From positions 1,376,001 to 1,440,000 of the forward strand of contig CAXXOA010000001.1 of NCBI GenBank assembly GCA_963666275.2: a stretch of 64,000 nt of DNA. The letters run 5' to 3'. The notes under the pieces are model-generated. The model was not told the DNA's origin. It was given only the letters and a program-made list of their open reading frames with translations, and ran no database searches. Numbering within the stretch: the first letter of the stretch is position 1; each line of letters starts with the position of its first letter. The DNA comes from Oceanispirochaeta sp. (lineage in GTDB: Bacteria > Spirochaetota > Spirochaetia > DSM-2461). Shown here one piece after another: positions 19,424 through 29,433 of the stretch. The position numbers and the translations under genes are program-made.

Positions 19424-21234
19424 CTTCAAGCATCAATGGGTATCATCTCTATCACAGTTTTTTAGCAGGTTATATCAGTGTTCTTGAAAAAAAAGCCGAG
19501 ATGAACAGGATCAATGTTTTTCCTGTGGCTGACGGAGACACAGGCAATAATATTACAAGGACCATCCGTTCGGTTGTTCAGGGGGCTTCCTCCCGGAAGT
19601 CCGTTGATATTATGCTCAAAGATTTTGCTGATAAATCTCTGGAGGGAGCCAGAGGGAATTCAGGGATGATCCTTTCCCAGTTTATTACAGGTTTCTCACG
19701 GACCGGCAGGGGAAAAAGCCGTATGACCCTGAAGGAGTTCGGTCATGGGGTTAATGAAGCGGTAGATTATGCCTACACGGCACTTGAGGAGCCTCAGGAA
19801 GGAACGATTCTGACTGTTCTCAGGATCTGGGCCAATGCGGTTTATGAGAAGAGTCTGAGTGAAAATTCCTTCAAAGAGGTGATGAGCCACGGTTTTGAAG
19901 CGGCCAAACAGGCCCTGAGAAAAACCACGGAACAGCTGATTGTACTCAGGGATAATCATGTGGTTGACGCAGGTGCCCTGGGTTTCGTGAGTTTCCTCGA
20001 GGGGATCGAGAGGTTTCATCAGAAAGGGCCTGTTCCTCAAAAACTGCGAAAGAGTCTTAAATCGGAAACCCTTACAGCCGGAACAGTACTCAGTCATAAG
20101 GAAAAAGCCGTTTCCAGTACTCTGACCTACAGGTACTGTACGGAACTCCTGCTGGAGAATCCCCGGATAGAGGCTTCCAGACTCCGGAAGAAGCTCAAAA
20201 CCTACGGAGACTCTCTGATCGTCGGAGAGGGGGACAGCAGGATAAGGGTTCATATCCATACGGATGATCCGCCCTCTCTGGCGGCCTGTCTGAACCGGTA
20301 CGGCAGCATCATCCAGCAGAAAGTGGACGATATGTTCAGGCAGCAGCAGATTGTGAACAGCCGGAGAGGAAATGTGGCAGTAGTCACGGATTCCATCGCG
20401 GATATTCCCCTCTCTCTTCAGGATGAGCTGCAGATTCACAGGATCCCGCTCTCTCTCCTGTGGGGGGAAGAAGAGTACCTGGACAGACTGACAATCTCTC
20501 CCGAGGAGTTCTACAGGCAGCAGCAGATCCGTTCGGACTTTCCCGGCAGCTCCCTGCCGGATCTGCAGAGGATCGACGCTCTCTTCTCCTATCTGGCGGA
20601 GCATTACGATCATATCCTTGTCCTTCCCGTGGCCAGTGCCTTGAGCGGTACCTTTCAGCAGATGCTTCAGGGAGCGGAACCCTATAATCGGGATGGGAAA
20701 AGAATTGCCGTGGTAGATACAAGGCTCAATTCTGCCGCTCAGGGACTGCTTGTGGCGGAAGTCGCCCGGGAAGCTCTGAAAGGCGCCTCTCTGGAGGAAC
20801 TGATATCTCTGGCTGAAAACCTCCGGGAGAGGGTCAAAATCTATGTAAGCCTGAGTACCTTCAAATTCATGGTCAAAGGGGGGCGGGTCAGCCCTCTGAA
20901 AGGTTTTATTGCCACAGCCCTGAATCTGAAACCTATTGTAACCCTTGATGAACAGGGCAGGGGAAAGGCCATGGATAAAGCATTTTCCAGGCAGGGCCTT
21001 CTGAAAAAAATAACCCTCCTTCTCAAAGAAACCCAGAAAACCCGGGGCATAGAAAAATACTGTGTCGTCCATGCTCTTTCTTCTGATAAAGCCGAAGAGT
21101 TTGCCCGGATTGTCAGGGGTATTGCCGACAGGGAGCCCGAGTATATAACCTCCATCTCTCCGATTGTGGGGATGCATTCCGGGAAAGGTGCTGTGGCTAT
21201 CGGTGTTATAGAGGGGGTCAGGAAGTCATCCTGA
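19420..21234 (+). CDS. DAK2 (FakA-like) plus DegV (FakB-like) fusion, putative fatty acid kinase
   Basis: [25 protein letters not shown]; then VTDSIAD, LSGT, GGRV, GMHSG. Confidence 0.9.
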   Translation: MTSSINGYHLYHSFLAGYISVLEKKAEMNRINVFPVADGDTGNNITRTIRSVVQGASSRKSVDIMLKDFADKSLEGARGNSGMILSQFITGFSRTGRGKSRMTLKEFGHGVNEAVDYAYTALEEPQEGTILTVLRIWANAVYEKSLSENSFKEVMSHGFEAAKQALRKTTEQLIVLRDNHVVDAGALGFVSFLEGIERFHQKGPVPQKLRKSLKSETLTAGTVLSHKEKAVSSTLTYRYCTELLLENPRIEASRLRKKLKTYGDSLIVGEGDSRIRVHIHTDDPPSLAACLNRYGSIIQQKVDDMFRQQQIVNSRRGNVAVVTDSIADIPLSLQDELQIHRIPLSLLWGEEEYLDRLTISPEEFYRQQQIRSDFPGSSLPDLQRIDALFSYLAEHYDHILVLPVASALSGTFQQMLQGAEPYNRDGKRIAVVDTRLNSAAQGLLVAEVAREALKGASLEELISLAENLRERVKIYVSLSTFKFMVKGGRVSPLKGFIATALNLKPIVTLDEQGRGKAMDKAFSRQGLLKKITLLLKETQKTRGIEKYCVVHALSSDKAEEFARIVRGIADREPEYITSISPIVGMHSGKGAVAIGVIEGVRKSS

Positions 21235-21293
21235 ATCCCGATTTCTGCAACCCTCTATTGATCAGAGGGAAAGACAGGTTTATAATGCCTCTC

Positions 21294-22676
21294 ATGATGC
21301 CAGATACGATAAAACAGATTCTTCAGCAAAATGATAAAATAGGAGAGACCCTTACTGTTCAGGGATGGGTCCGGACCAAACGGGATACCAAAGAGATCGC
21401 TTTTATAGCTCTGAATGACGGTTCCTGTCTGGGAAATATACAGATTATTGCCGACAAGACAGTCATTCCGGAAGATGTCCTCCACAGATTAACCACCGGG
21501 GCCAGCTGTTCCGTACAGGGAATCCTGGTGGAGTCACCGGCCAAAGGGCAGTCTGTGGAAGTACAGGCTTCGTCCATTGAGATCCTGGGCGACTGTCCGG
21601 GGGACTATCCTCTCCAGAAAAAACGGCACTCCATGGAATTCCTCAGGGAAATCGGACACCTCAGGGCCAGAACAAATACTTTCGGTGCCGTAGGTCGAAT
21701 CCGGAATGCCCTGACCCAGGCTGTTCACAGCTACTTTCAGGAGAATGGATTTTTCAATGTGCATACACCGATTATCACGGCCAACGACTGCGAAGGGGCG
21801 GGGGAGATGTTTCAGGTAACCACTCTCCCTTTTGAAACTTTTGACAGCTCAAAGGGAGTGGACTACAGCCGGGATTTCTTCGGTAAAAAAGCCTCTCTCA
21901 CGGTCAGCGGACAGCTTTCAGCCGAAACCTATGCCACCGCTCTGGGAAGGGTCTATACCTTCGGTCCCACCTTCCGGGCGGAGAACTCCAATACCTCCCG
22001 GCATCTGGCCGAGTTCTGGATGATCGAACCGGAAATGTCTTTCTGCGATATCAACGGCGATATGGATCTGGCCGAAGAGTTTCTCAAGTATGTTCTGGCC
22101 TATGTGCTGGAAAACTGTGCAGAAGATATGGCTTTTTTCAATCAGTGGGTTCAGAAGGGAATCATCGACGATATGAAGGCTGTTATAGCCGCGGATTTCA
22201 CAAGGATCAGCTATACAAAAGCCATTGAAGACCTGGAGTCATCAGGGCAGACATTTGAATTCCCCGTTTCCTGGGGGATAGATCTGGCATCGGAACATGA
22301 AAAATACCTGACAGAGCATGTGTATAAAGGCCCGGTGATCATCACGGACTATCCCAAAGAGATCAAAGCCTTCTATATGAAGCTCAATGCCGATGGAAAG
22401 ACAGTCCGCGCCATGGATGTTCTGGTTCCGCGGCTGGGTGAGATCATCGGAGGAAGTGAACGGGAGAATGATTACGATACTCTTGTGAAACGCATCCGCG
22501 AAATGGGACTGAATGAAGAGGACTACTGGTGGTATCTGGACCTGAGAAAATACGGATCCGTCCCCCATGCGGGATTCGGTCTCGGTTTTGAAAGACTTAT
22601 TCAGTATGTGACAGGAATGGGTAATATCCGGGATGTCATTCCCTATGCCCGTTCTGCCAGGAACTGTGAATTTTAA
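21294..22676 (+). CDS. asnS: asparagine--tRNA ligase
   Basis: [40 protein letters not shown]. Confidence 0.97.
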   Translation: MMPDTIKQILQQNDKIGETLTVQGWVRTKRDTKEIAFIALNDGSCLGNIQIIADKTVIPEDVLHRLTTGASCSVQGILVESPAKGQSVEVQASSIEILGDCPGDYPLQKKRHSMEFLREIGHLRARTNTFGAVGRIRNALTQAVHSYFQENGFFNVHTPIITANDCEGAGEMFQVTTLPFETFDSSKGVDYSRDFFGKKASLTVSGQLSAETYATALGRVYTFGPTFRAENSNTSRHLAEFWMIEPEMSFCDINGDMDLAEEFLKYVLAYVLENCAEDMAFFNQWVQKGIIDDMKAVIAADFTRISYTKAIEDLESSGQTFEFPVSWGIDLASEHEKYLTEHVYKGPVIITDYPKEIKAFYMKLNADGKTVRAMDVLVPRLGEIIGGSERENDYDTLVKRIREMGLNEEDYWWYLDLRKYGSVPHAGFGLGFERLIQYVTGMGNIRDVIPYARSARNCEF

Positions 22677-22694
22677 AAGGACAGTTCAGGGAAA

Positions 22695-23789
22695 TTGTTA
22701 GAACTTCTTCAGTATACCTATGACGAACTGACCGCTTCTGTGGAGGAGCGATTCAGTGCCAGTCCCTATTACGGTGATGCCCTGTTCCGGCATATCTACA
22801 GGAAGGGAGATCTGGATCTGGAGGGGGATGAGGGATTCGCATTGAATCCGACCCTTCGGAAGGCTCTCTCCGGAGCTTTTTCCCGGGATCTTCCTGAAAT
22901 TCAGGAACTCCTCCATGAGGGGGAAACCGCAAAGTTTACTCTGGACTATCACTCCCGGGTGAACTGTGAATCCGTGCTGATCCGTATGAAATCCTACGAT
23001 ACCCTCTGTGTCTCTTCCCAGCTGGGCTGCCGCTGGAACTGCGCTTTCTGCGAGACAGGGAAGCTGGGCCTGAAGAGGAATCTTCAGACCCGGGAAATCA
23101 TTGCCCAGGTCATGACGGCCCGTTTCCGGCTGGGAGCGGACAGGCTGCGGAATCTTGTTTTTATGGGGATGGGGGAACCTTTTGAAAATCTGACGGAAGT
23201 CCTGAGGGCTGTGGATATTGTCACAGATCCCCGGGGACTGAACATTCCCGCCAAATATATCTCCCTTTCCACGGCAGGATACATCCCGGGGATCCGGGAA
23301 CTCTCCCGTCTCTGCGGGGAGAGCAGGGAGAAGAACTATCATAAAATGCATTTAAGCCTCTCCCTCCACTCTGCCGATCAGGAGACCCGGAATCGTCTTA
23401 TGCCCATCAACCGGGCCTATCCTCTGGAGGATCTTGGACAGTGCCTGAGGGACAGTCCCTACAGCCGGGTCAAAGACGGCCTGTATATTGAGTATCTTGT
23501 TCTTCCCGGAATTACCGATACGGAGGAGCAGATCGATAAATTGCTCTTTTTTCTTAAGGGAATGGAAGCCAAAATCAATCTTATCCCGTATAATCCAGGA
23601 AAAGATCCTCTGTTCCGAAAACCGGAAAAGGAAGAAATGGACCGATTGTGGCAGAGGCTGAAAGAGAGCGGGTATCATTGCCGCACAAGATTCAGTAAGG
23701 GAGAGTCCCTTATGGCGGCCTGCGGTCAGCTGGGCGGAAAAAAAGAAGATCTTAATACAGAGAAAAAAGGGAGCTCACATTATGAGTAA
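22695..23789 (+). CDS. rlmN: RlmN-family radical SAM RNA methyltransferase
   Basis: CVSSQLGCRWNCAFC, MGMGEP, AACGQL; may be a paralogue. Confidence 0.8.
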   Translation: MLELLQYTYDELTASVEERFSASPYYGDALFRHIYRKGDLDLEGDEGFALNPTLRKALSGAFSRDLPEIQELLHEGETAKFTLDYHSRVNCESVLIRMKSYDTLCVSSQLGCRWNCAFCETGKLGLKRNLQTREIIAQVMTARFRLGADRLRNLVFMGMGEPFENLTEVLRAVDIVTDPRGLNIPAKYISLSTAGYIPGIRELSRLCGESREKNYHKMHLSLSLHSADQETRNRLMPINRAYPLEDLGQCLRDSPYSRVKDGLYIEYLVLPGITDTEEQIDKLLFFLKGMEAKINLIPYNPGKDPLFRKPEKEEMDRLWQRLKESGYHCRTRFSKGESLMAACGQLGGKKEDLNTEKKGSSHYE

Positions 23790-24423
23790 TCAGGATAATA
23801 CCTTCAATAAAATGAGACAGACCTATCCTCAGCACAGTGTGATTTTTTCAGAAGGCGAACAGGGACGTACCATGTATGTCATCATGGACGGAGAAGTGGA
23901 AATCCGTAAAAAAACAGGAAAGAATTCCTATAAAATCCTTGTGACTCTGAAAGCGGGGGATTTTTTCGGGGAAATGGCGATAATCGAGAACAAGCCGAGG
24001 ACGGCGACGGCGGTGGCCAGGGTTTCCAGTACGCTGATAACCCTGGATACGGACGCCTTTTACACAATGGTGGAAAAAAGCTCGGACTTCGCTGTTAAAA
24101 TGATCAAAACCCTTTCCTCCCGTCTCAGAAAAGCGGATCATCTGATTGAATATATCCTGGGTTCCAACGATGAAAAGCAGGTTGTCTCGGGCATAGCGGG
24201 ATATGTGAAGAGTCATCCCGAATGCGATAACGGCAGCGGGGAGTGCAAAATTATCCTGAGGGATTATCTGAGATGGTCCAGTCAGAATCTGGGACACCCT
24301 GACGAGATGGTATCCCAGACTATCAAACGGCTGATTGTCAGGAAGATCGTTAAGATTTACGATCCCCCTGAAAAAATTACCGAATTCTACATGGACAAGA
24401 GGCTTCTACTCCGCCTTCTGTGA
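23782..24423 (+). CDS. cyclic-nucleotide-binding (Crp/Fnr-like) protein
   Basis: GDFFGEMA...PRTATA phosphate-binding cassette. Confidence 0.85.
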   Translation: MSNQDNTFNKMRQTYPQHSVIFSEGEQGRTMYVIMDGEVEIRKKTGKNSYKILVTLKAGDFFGEMAIIENKPRTATAVARVSSTLITLDTDAFYTMVEKSSDFAVKMIKTLSSRLRKADHLIEYILGSNDEKQVVSGIAGYVKSHPECDNGSGECKIILRDYLRWSSQNLGHPDEMVSQTIKRLIVRKIVKIYDPPEKITEFYMDKRLLLRLL

Positions 24424-25326
24424 CTCTTCAATAAAGAGAAGGTGTTTGTAGAGCATCCAGACAGAGCGCATTTCATACCCTTTTCCGGCTGCCTCTTCCA
24501 GAGGCCGCCGATAGATGTACTCCAGTTCCATGGGGCGATTATTGTCGTAGTCCAGCTTCATGCTCGGTTCGTAGGGAGTCATTTTGTCGGTAAAAGCCAT
24601 CATTTTGGCCACAGCTTCCTCTTCTATGGTGATCCCGCAGGCTGCGGCTCCGGCTACCACTTCCTCCATGAGACGCTGAATGATCTCTCTTGAGGAGGGG
24701 GTTTTCATGATCCTGTCTGTATTGCAGTCAAGCTGGACACACAGGCCGTTGTAGGGAATATTCCAGAGGAGTTTCCGCCAACGCGCCTCAGGGAGATCTT
24801 TGACAATATCGGCGGGAATTTCCGAACCGTTCATATCCGAGGCAATCTCTTCCACCATAGGGGCATCTTCCTTTTTCAGACTGCCTATGGTGATCCGGCC
24901 GTAGTCCTGATGGATCACATGGCCCGGTCCGCCTTTGCGGCTGCAGATAAAACACATTCCCCCCAGTACGGGATTGTCCGGAAAGGATGCCTGCAGTTCC
25001 TCTTCTATGCCCAGGCCGTTCTGCAGGATCAGTATGGCCGTGTTTCTGCCCACCATGGGGGAGATCATTTCCTTCAATCGTCCGTTCCCTGTGGTTTTCA
25101 GAGCAATAAGGAGCACATCCGCCTGTGGCATTTCCCGGGAAGAAGAGAAAACACTGACCTTTGCAAGATGAAAATCACCCAGGGGAGAATCCACTCTCAG
25201 GCCCTTTTCTCTGATAAAACTGTAGTCGCTCCGTGCCAGAAAGTGCACTGTATGGCCGTGCTGTGCCAGCTTGCTGCCGTAATAGCCTCCGACAGCTCCG
25301 GTTCCGATAACTGCATAACTTTTCAT
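24406..25326 (-). CDS. panE: 2-dehydropantoate 2-reductase family
   Basis: GTGAVGG, LQNGLG, WRKLLWN, SMKLD...ELE. Confidence 0.88.
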   Translation of the reverse strand: MKSYAVIGTGAVGGYYGSKLAQHGHTVHFLARSDYSFIREKGLRVDSPLGDFHLAKVSVFSSSREMPQADVLLIALKTTGNGRLKEMISPMVGRNTAILILQNGLGIEEELQASFPDNPVLGGMCFICSRKGGPGHVIHQDYGRITIGSLKKEDAPMVEEIASDMNGSEIPADIVKDLPEARWRKLLWNIPYNGLCVQLDCNTDRIMKTPSSREIIQRLMEEVVAGAAACGITIEEEAVAKMMAFTDKMTPYEPSMKLDYDNNRPMELEYIYRRPLEEAAGKGYEMRSVWMLYKHLLFIEESQKAE

Positions 25327-25445
25327 TTTACATCTCCTGTTTAAGCATGGTTTCGCTTTTTCTGTTCTAAAAAAAGCGGAACCTTCGGGTGAATCAGATA
25401 GGGATTCGTATTTATTAATATTCAGGTAGGAACAGAATGGTCTGA

Positions 25446-26324
25446 TCAAACCTCCAGTAGTTCACAGATCGAGAGATTTTCCGGAGTCATGAGCTGATAG
25501 AGCGATTTCTCCAGAAGAACCCCTTCTCTCTGGGGTGTATTGTGGCCAAAAGTATTTTTTATGGCATGAATTACAAAATTCACAGCCCTGTCTATGGCGG
25601 CGGGGAGGCTGTCTCCCAGGAGGAGCCTCCCTGTGATTACGCTTGAAAACATATCTCCCGTACCGGGATAGACCGCCGGAATATGATTGGTTTCCACTTT
25701 CCAGAAACGGTCATTCCTCTTCTCATAGGCAATAACCGCATTGGTGGTCTGCCGCTTCTCCAGGGGAACGCTTGTAATGACAACCTTGTCGGGACCGAAA
25801 GAGGAGAGTTCTTTGAGAATCTTTACGATTTCATGGATGGAGACGGATTTTTTATGGGACCGTCCCAGCAGGAAGACCGCTTCCGTGTAGTTGGGCGTTA
25901 TAAGATGGGCCCGGGATACAAGGTTTTTCATGCCCTGTATCATCGAGCTGTCCAGGGGGCCGTAAAACTCTCCGTCATCACCCATCACGGGATCAACGGT
26001 AATGAGCTGGTCCGGCAGTTGAAAATGGTGGATCAGGTCCTCCACAAGCTCTATCTGACTTATGGAGCCCAGAAAACCGGAATAGATGCTGTCAAATTGA
26101 AGCGGCAGGGTTTTCCAGTGACGGATAATCTCCTCCATGGCAGAGGTCAGATCCTGAAAAAAATAGTCCTCAAAGCCGCTTGTCTGGGTAGACAGTATGG
26201 CCGTCGGAAGAGGGCAGACATTGATGCCCATGGCAGAAAGAACCGGAAGGACCACTGTCAGGGAAGATCGTCCATAGCCTGAAAGATCATGAACCGCAGC
26301 AACGCGGGGAATCGGATTTCTCAT
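25446..26324 (-). CDS. pdxK: pyridoxal/pyridoxamine kinase
   Basis: HDLSGYGRSSL, VDPVMGD, TPNYTEA, PGTGD. Confidence 0.88.
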   Translation of the reverse strand: MRNPIPRVAAVHDLSGYGRSSLTVVLPVLSAMGINVCPLPTAILSTQTSGFEDYFFQDLTSAMEEIIRHWKTLPLQFDSIYSGFLGSISQIELVEDLIHHFQLPDQLITVDPVMGDDGEFYGPLDSSMIQGMKNLVSRAHLITPNYTEAVFLLGRSHKKSVSIHEIVKILKELSSFGPDKVVITSVPLEKRQTTNAVIAYEKRNDRFWKVETNHIPAVYPGTGDMFSSVITGRLLLGDSLPAAIDRAVNFVIHAIKNTFGHNTPQREGVLLEKSLYQLMTPENLSICELLEV

Positions 26325-26435
26325 ATAAAAGAAATAATAGTATAATTGGGAAGTATTGAAAATACTTTAAAAAAATCCCGCTCTGTCGATTATAATGATA
26401 ATAGAGTGTACGGGAGGAATGGGGTGAATCTTACA

Positions 26436-27242
26436 ATGTCGAGGGAAGAAGAAAAGGCTCTGCTGCTTTTAATGGGTGTCACTGCCGCATTTGATGAACA
26501 GAGTCTGAAAAAAGCCTACCGCCGCAAAGTCATGGTGTCCCATCCCGACAGGGCTTCCTCTCTGGGCAAAGACCCCGCCCTTATGCAGATTCAGTTTCAG
26601 GAGATCAATGACGCCTTTCAGCTGCTCCTGGATAAAATTCGGAAAGATAACAGTCAGATCAGCAGGAACTCCTACAGAAAAAACAGGGCCGGAGCCTACA
26701 AGCATCCTTCGGGAACCGGCAGAAAACAGCAGACCCGCAGAGGGCCGTCTTCTTCGGCGGGAGCCTACAAAACCAGGCAGAGTCAATCCGCCAGACCTGA
26801 AAGCAGCGCCAGAAAATTTCATAGGAGAACCACAGCAACAGGACAGTTCTATAAGGGCATCCTCCCCGCCAGAATTCTCCGGTTTGCCGAATACCTCTAC
26901 TATACGGGAGAAATTTCCTGGGAGGAACTGATCCATGCCATTGTCTGGCAGTACCGGAACCGGCCCAAACTGGGAGAACTGGCAGAATCCATGGGGTTCC
27001 TGGATAACAGGCAGGTCCTTCATATAATCAAAAACAGGCAAATGTCCGAAACCTTCGGTCATGCCGCGGTAAGACTGGGACTGGTAGAAAGAAAAACCCT
27101 GGATCAGCTTGTCAGGGCTCAGCGAATGATAGGCCTCCCTATCGGTAAGTATTTTACAGACAGGGAAATCCTTTCAGAAGAGCAGCTCCAGCAGAAACTT
27201 ATGTCTTTCCGCCGGCACAATTATCTTCATCATCCGTCCTGA
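26436..27242 (+). CDS. J-domain protein with C-terminal MshEN-like repeats
   Basis: LKKAYRRK...HPD...FQEINDAF; low-complexity basic linker; repeated (R/K)(L/F)G-x6-G(L/F)(I/V/L)-type units. Confidence 0.8.
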   Translation: MSREEEKALLLLMGVTAAFDEQSLKKAYRRKVMVSHPDRASSLGKDPALMQIQFQEINDAFQLLLDKIRKDNSQISRNSYRKNRAGAYKHPSGTGRKQQTRRGPSSSAGAYKTRQSQSARPESSARKFHRRTTATGQFYKGILPARILRFAEYLYYTGEISWEELIHAIVWQYRNRPKLGELAESMGFLDNRQVLHIIKNRQMSETFGHAAVRLGLVERKTLDQLVRAQRMIGLPIGKYFTDREILSEEQLQQKLMSFRRHNYLHHPS

Positions 27243-27244
27243 TC

Positions 27245-27802
27245 CTATTTCCGAATCAGGCTCATAAACTCCTCTCTTGTGGCCACAGAGTCATGAAAAC
27301 TTCCCAGTACTGAGGAGGTCACCATACTGGAGTTCTGTTTCTCCACACCCCGCATCATCATGCACATGTGGCGGCATTCCATAACAACTCCGACCCCTTC
27401 CGCATCGACCTCGTCTTTTACGGTCCTGGCTATTTCGGCAGTGAGTCGCTCCTGTATCTGGAGTCTTCTACTGTAGTAGTCTACGATCCGGGCCAGTTTG
27501 CTGACCCCGATAACCTTGTTTTTTGCTATATATCCGATATGGCAGGTCCCGAAGAAGGGCAGCATGTGGTGTTCGCAGAGACTGTACACTTCAATATCCC
27601 TGCAGAGAATCATATTGTTGGCTGCAGATTCAAAAACGGCTCCGTTGATGACCTTATTCAGGTCCATCCTGTAGCCGCTTGTCAGAAAGTTATAGGCCTC
27701 GGCGACCCGTTCAGGAGTTTTCAGCAAACCCTCTCTTTCCGGGTCTTCTCCGATTTCAATCAATAATTCTTTTATCAGTTCACTGACTCTTTCCTTATTC
27801 AT
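27245..27802 (-). CDS. folE: GTP cyclohydrolase I
   Basis: SLCEHHMLPF, RRLQIQERL, HMCMMMRG. Confidence 0.97.
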   Translation of the reverse strand: MNKERVSELIKELLIEIGEDPEREGLLKTPERVAEAYNFLTSGYRMDLNKVINGAVFESAANNMILCRDIEVYSLCEHHMLPFFGTCHIGYIAKNKVIGVSKLARIVDYYSRRLQIQERLTAEIARTVKDEVDAEGVGVVMECRHMCMMMRGVEKQNSSMVTSSVLGSFHDSVATREEFMSLIRK

Positions 27803-28289
27803 TAATCATACTCCTCAATTGGTTTGTATATTCATTCAGAGGGGATAAATCTCTGGTATCCGAGGTATTCACTCTCTCTGCCAGGATCGTTCCGTCACAG
27901 AGGATAAGTTTACAGTTGAGTTCCAGCAGGGGAAGGTAGACAAAGTTCCTTGTCAGAATATCTTTGTGAAAACCCGTTACCTCCGGGTCGATCAGAATAT
28001 CAAGATCGATCGTTCTTGACGCATACCGGTCCACCTGCTTTTTCCTTCCCAGAGCTTTTTCGATCTCCGAAAGGCTCTGTTTCAATTTTTCCGGCCCGAG
28101 GGAACAGGAGAGCTGCCAGACGCCATTGATATAGGAGGGATTGTCCCTGTGCTTGACAGGGAGGGTCCTGTAATGGGTGGAAACCGAAACGACACGGATC
28201 CCCTGATCGAGTAACTGTCTGAGAGCCGCCCTGACATTGTATTCCGGTTCAATGTTTGAACCCACAGACAGATAGACATCCCTAGTCAC
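27795..28289 (-). CDS. folK: 6-hydroxymethyl-dihydropterin pyrophosphokinase
   Basis: YLSVGSNI, YING, SRTIDLDIL; GTG start inferred at 28289. Confidence 0.9.
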   Translation of the reverse strand: MTRDVYLSVGSNIEPEYNVRAALRQLLDQGIRVVSVSTHYRTLPVKHRDNPSYINGVWQLSCSLGPEKLKQSLSEIEKALGRKKQVDRYASRTIDLDILIDPEVTGFHKDILTRNFVYLPLLELNCKLILCDGTILAERVNTSDTRDLSPLNEYTNQLRSMINE

Positions 28290-28653
28290 GGGACTCCCTG
28301 AAAATTTCCACACCCACCGAGCGGGCAAAACGGAGAGCCGTCGGCTTTTCAACCTGAACTTTCACTGCCCTGACTCCCCGGCGGTCCAGGCAGAGAGCGG
28401 CTATTTCCTCGGTCAGTTTTTCCACAAGGAGAAACGATGAGTTTTCCGCCAGATCGATCACCGCCAGTTTGAGTTCCTTGTAGTTCACCGTGTCATTGAT
28501 ATCCTCTGAAGCGGCAGCCCGGGAAAAATCGCTGTAAAGGGTGAGATTGATTACAATATCCTGTTTATTCACCCTCTCATCCGGATTGATTCCGAGAATA
28601 CAGCGGACCAGAAGGTCCTTTATAAAAATTTTATCCATTTTTTCATAGTCCAT
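28282..28653 (-). CDS. folB: dihydroneopterin aldolase/epimerase (FolB/FolX family)
   Basis: LGINPDER..KQ, VNY, FLLVEKL, VEKP. Confidence 0.85.
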   Translation of the reverse strand: MDYEKMDKIFIKDLLVRCILGINPDERVNKQDIVINLTLYSDFSRAAASEDINDTVNYKELKLAVIDLAENSSFLLVEKLTEEIAALCLDRRGVRAVKVQVEKPTALRFARSVGVEIFRESRD

Positions 28654-29386
28654 AAAAACTTCCTTTCAGATGCCTTCCGCCATCTACAAATAGTATCTGG
28701 CCTGTCATAAATTCATTGCGAATAAGAAATAACAGACTCTCTGTTATATCTTCCAGCGAGCCTGTTTTTCGAAGCAGGTTGGTATCCACTCTTGCTTTGA
28801 GGTACTCTTCGGTTTCTCCCGGCGGGGGAAGTATCAGCCCCGGGGCTATGGCGTTCACCCGGATTTTCGGAGCCAGTTCGCTGCTGAGAAGGCGGGTGAT
28901 TGTAAGAAGGGCTCTTTTGCTGAGGTGGTAGGCCATATGATCGCTGCCGTTTTCAGTGATTGTAGAATCCAGGAAATTGATGATGCACTCTCCATGGTCC
29001 TTCTGGCAGGCGAACTCTCTGGAGAGAACAAAAGGAGAAAAGGCATTGATGCGGAAGTTCTCCTCAAAGTCATTCCAATCCGAACTCTGCCACTTCCCCG
29101 GGGAAAAGATAGAAGCCGAATTGACAAGGATGTCGATGCCGCCGCACTTTTTCAGTGCCTCTTTCATCAGTTCCTCTGCACTCCCGGGACGGGACAGATC
29201 CGCCTGGATCAGCCAGGCATTCCTTCCGTGCATCCTTATGGAACGTGCCAGTTCGTCAGCTTCATCCCTGGATGTATTGTAATGGATGAGGATATCCATT
29301 CCCTCTCTGGCCAGTTTCAGGGCACAGGCCCTTCCGATTCTTCTGGCGCTGCCTGTTATTAAAGCTGTTTTACCGTTTGTGCTCAT
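28643..29386 (-). CDS. pteridine reductase-type SDR (FolM/PTR1-like)
   Basis: TGSARRIG (Arg in the Gly-rich loop), IHYNTS, YHLSK, VNAIAPG. Confidence 0.85.
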   Translation of the reverse strand: MSTNGKTALITGSARRIGRACALKLAREGMDILIHYNTSRDEADELARSIRMHGRNAWLIQADLSRPGSAEELMKEALKKCGGIDILVNSASIFSPGKWQSSDWNDFEENFRINAFSPFVLSREFACQKDHGECIINFLDSTITENGSDHMAYHLSKRALLTITRLLSSELAPKIRVNAIAPGLILPPPGETEEYLKARVDTNLLRKTGSLEDITESLLFLIRNEFMTGQILFVDGGRHLKGSFYGL

Positions 29387-29433
29387 ATGACTATTCTAAA
29401 CTATTCCCCCTGTTTTACCAGGAGGGAACAAAA

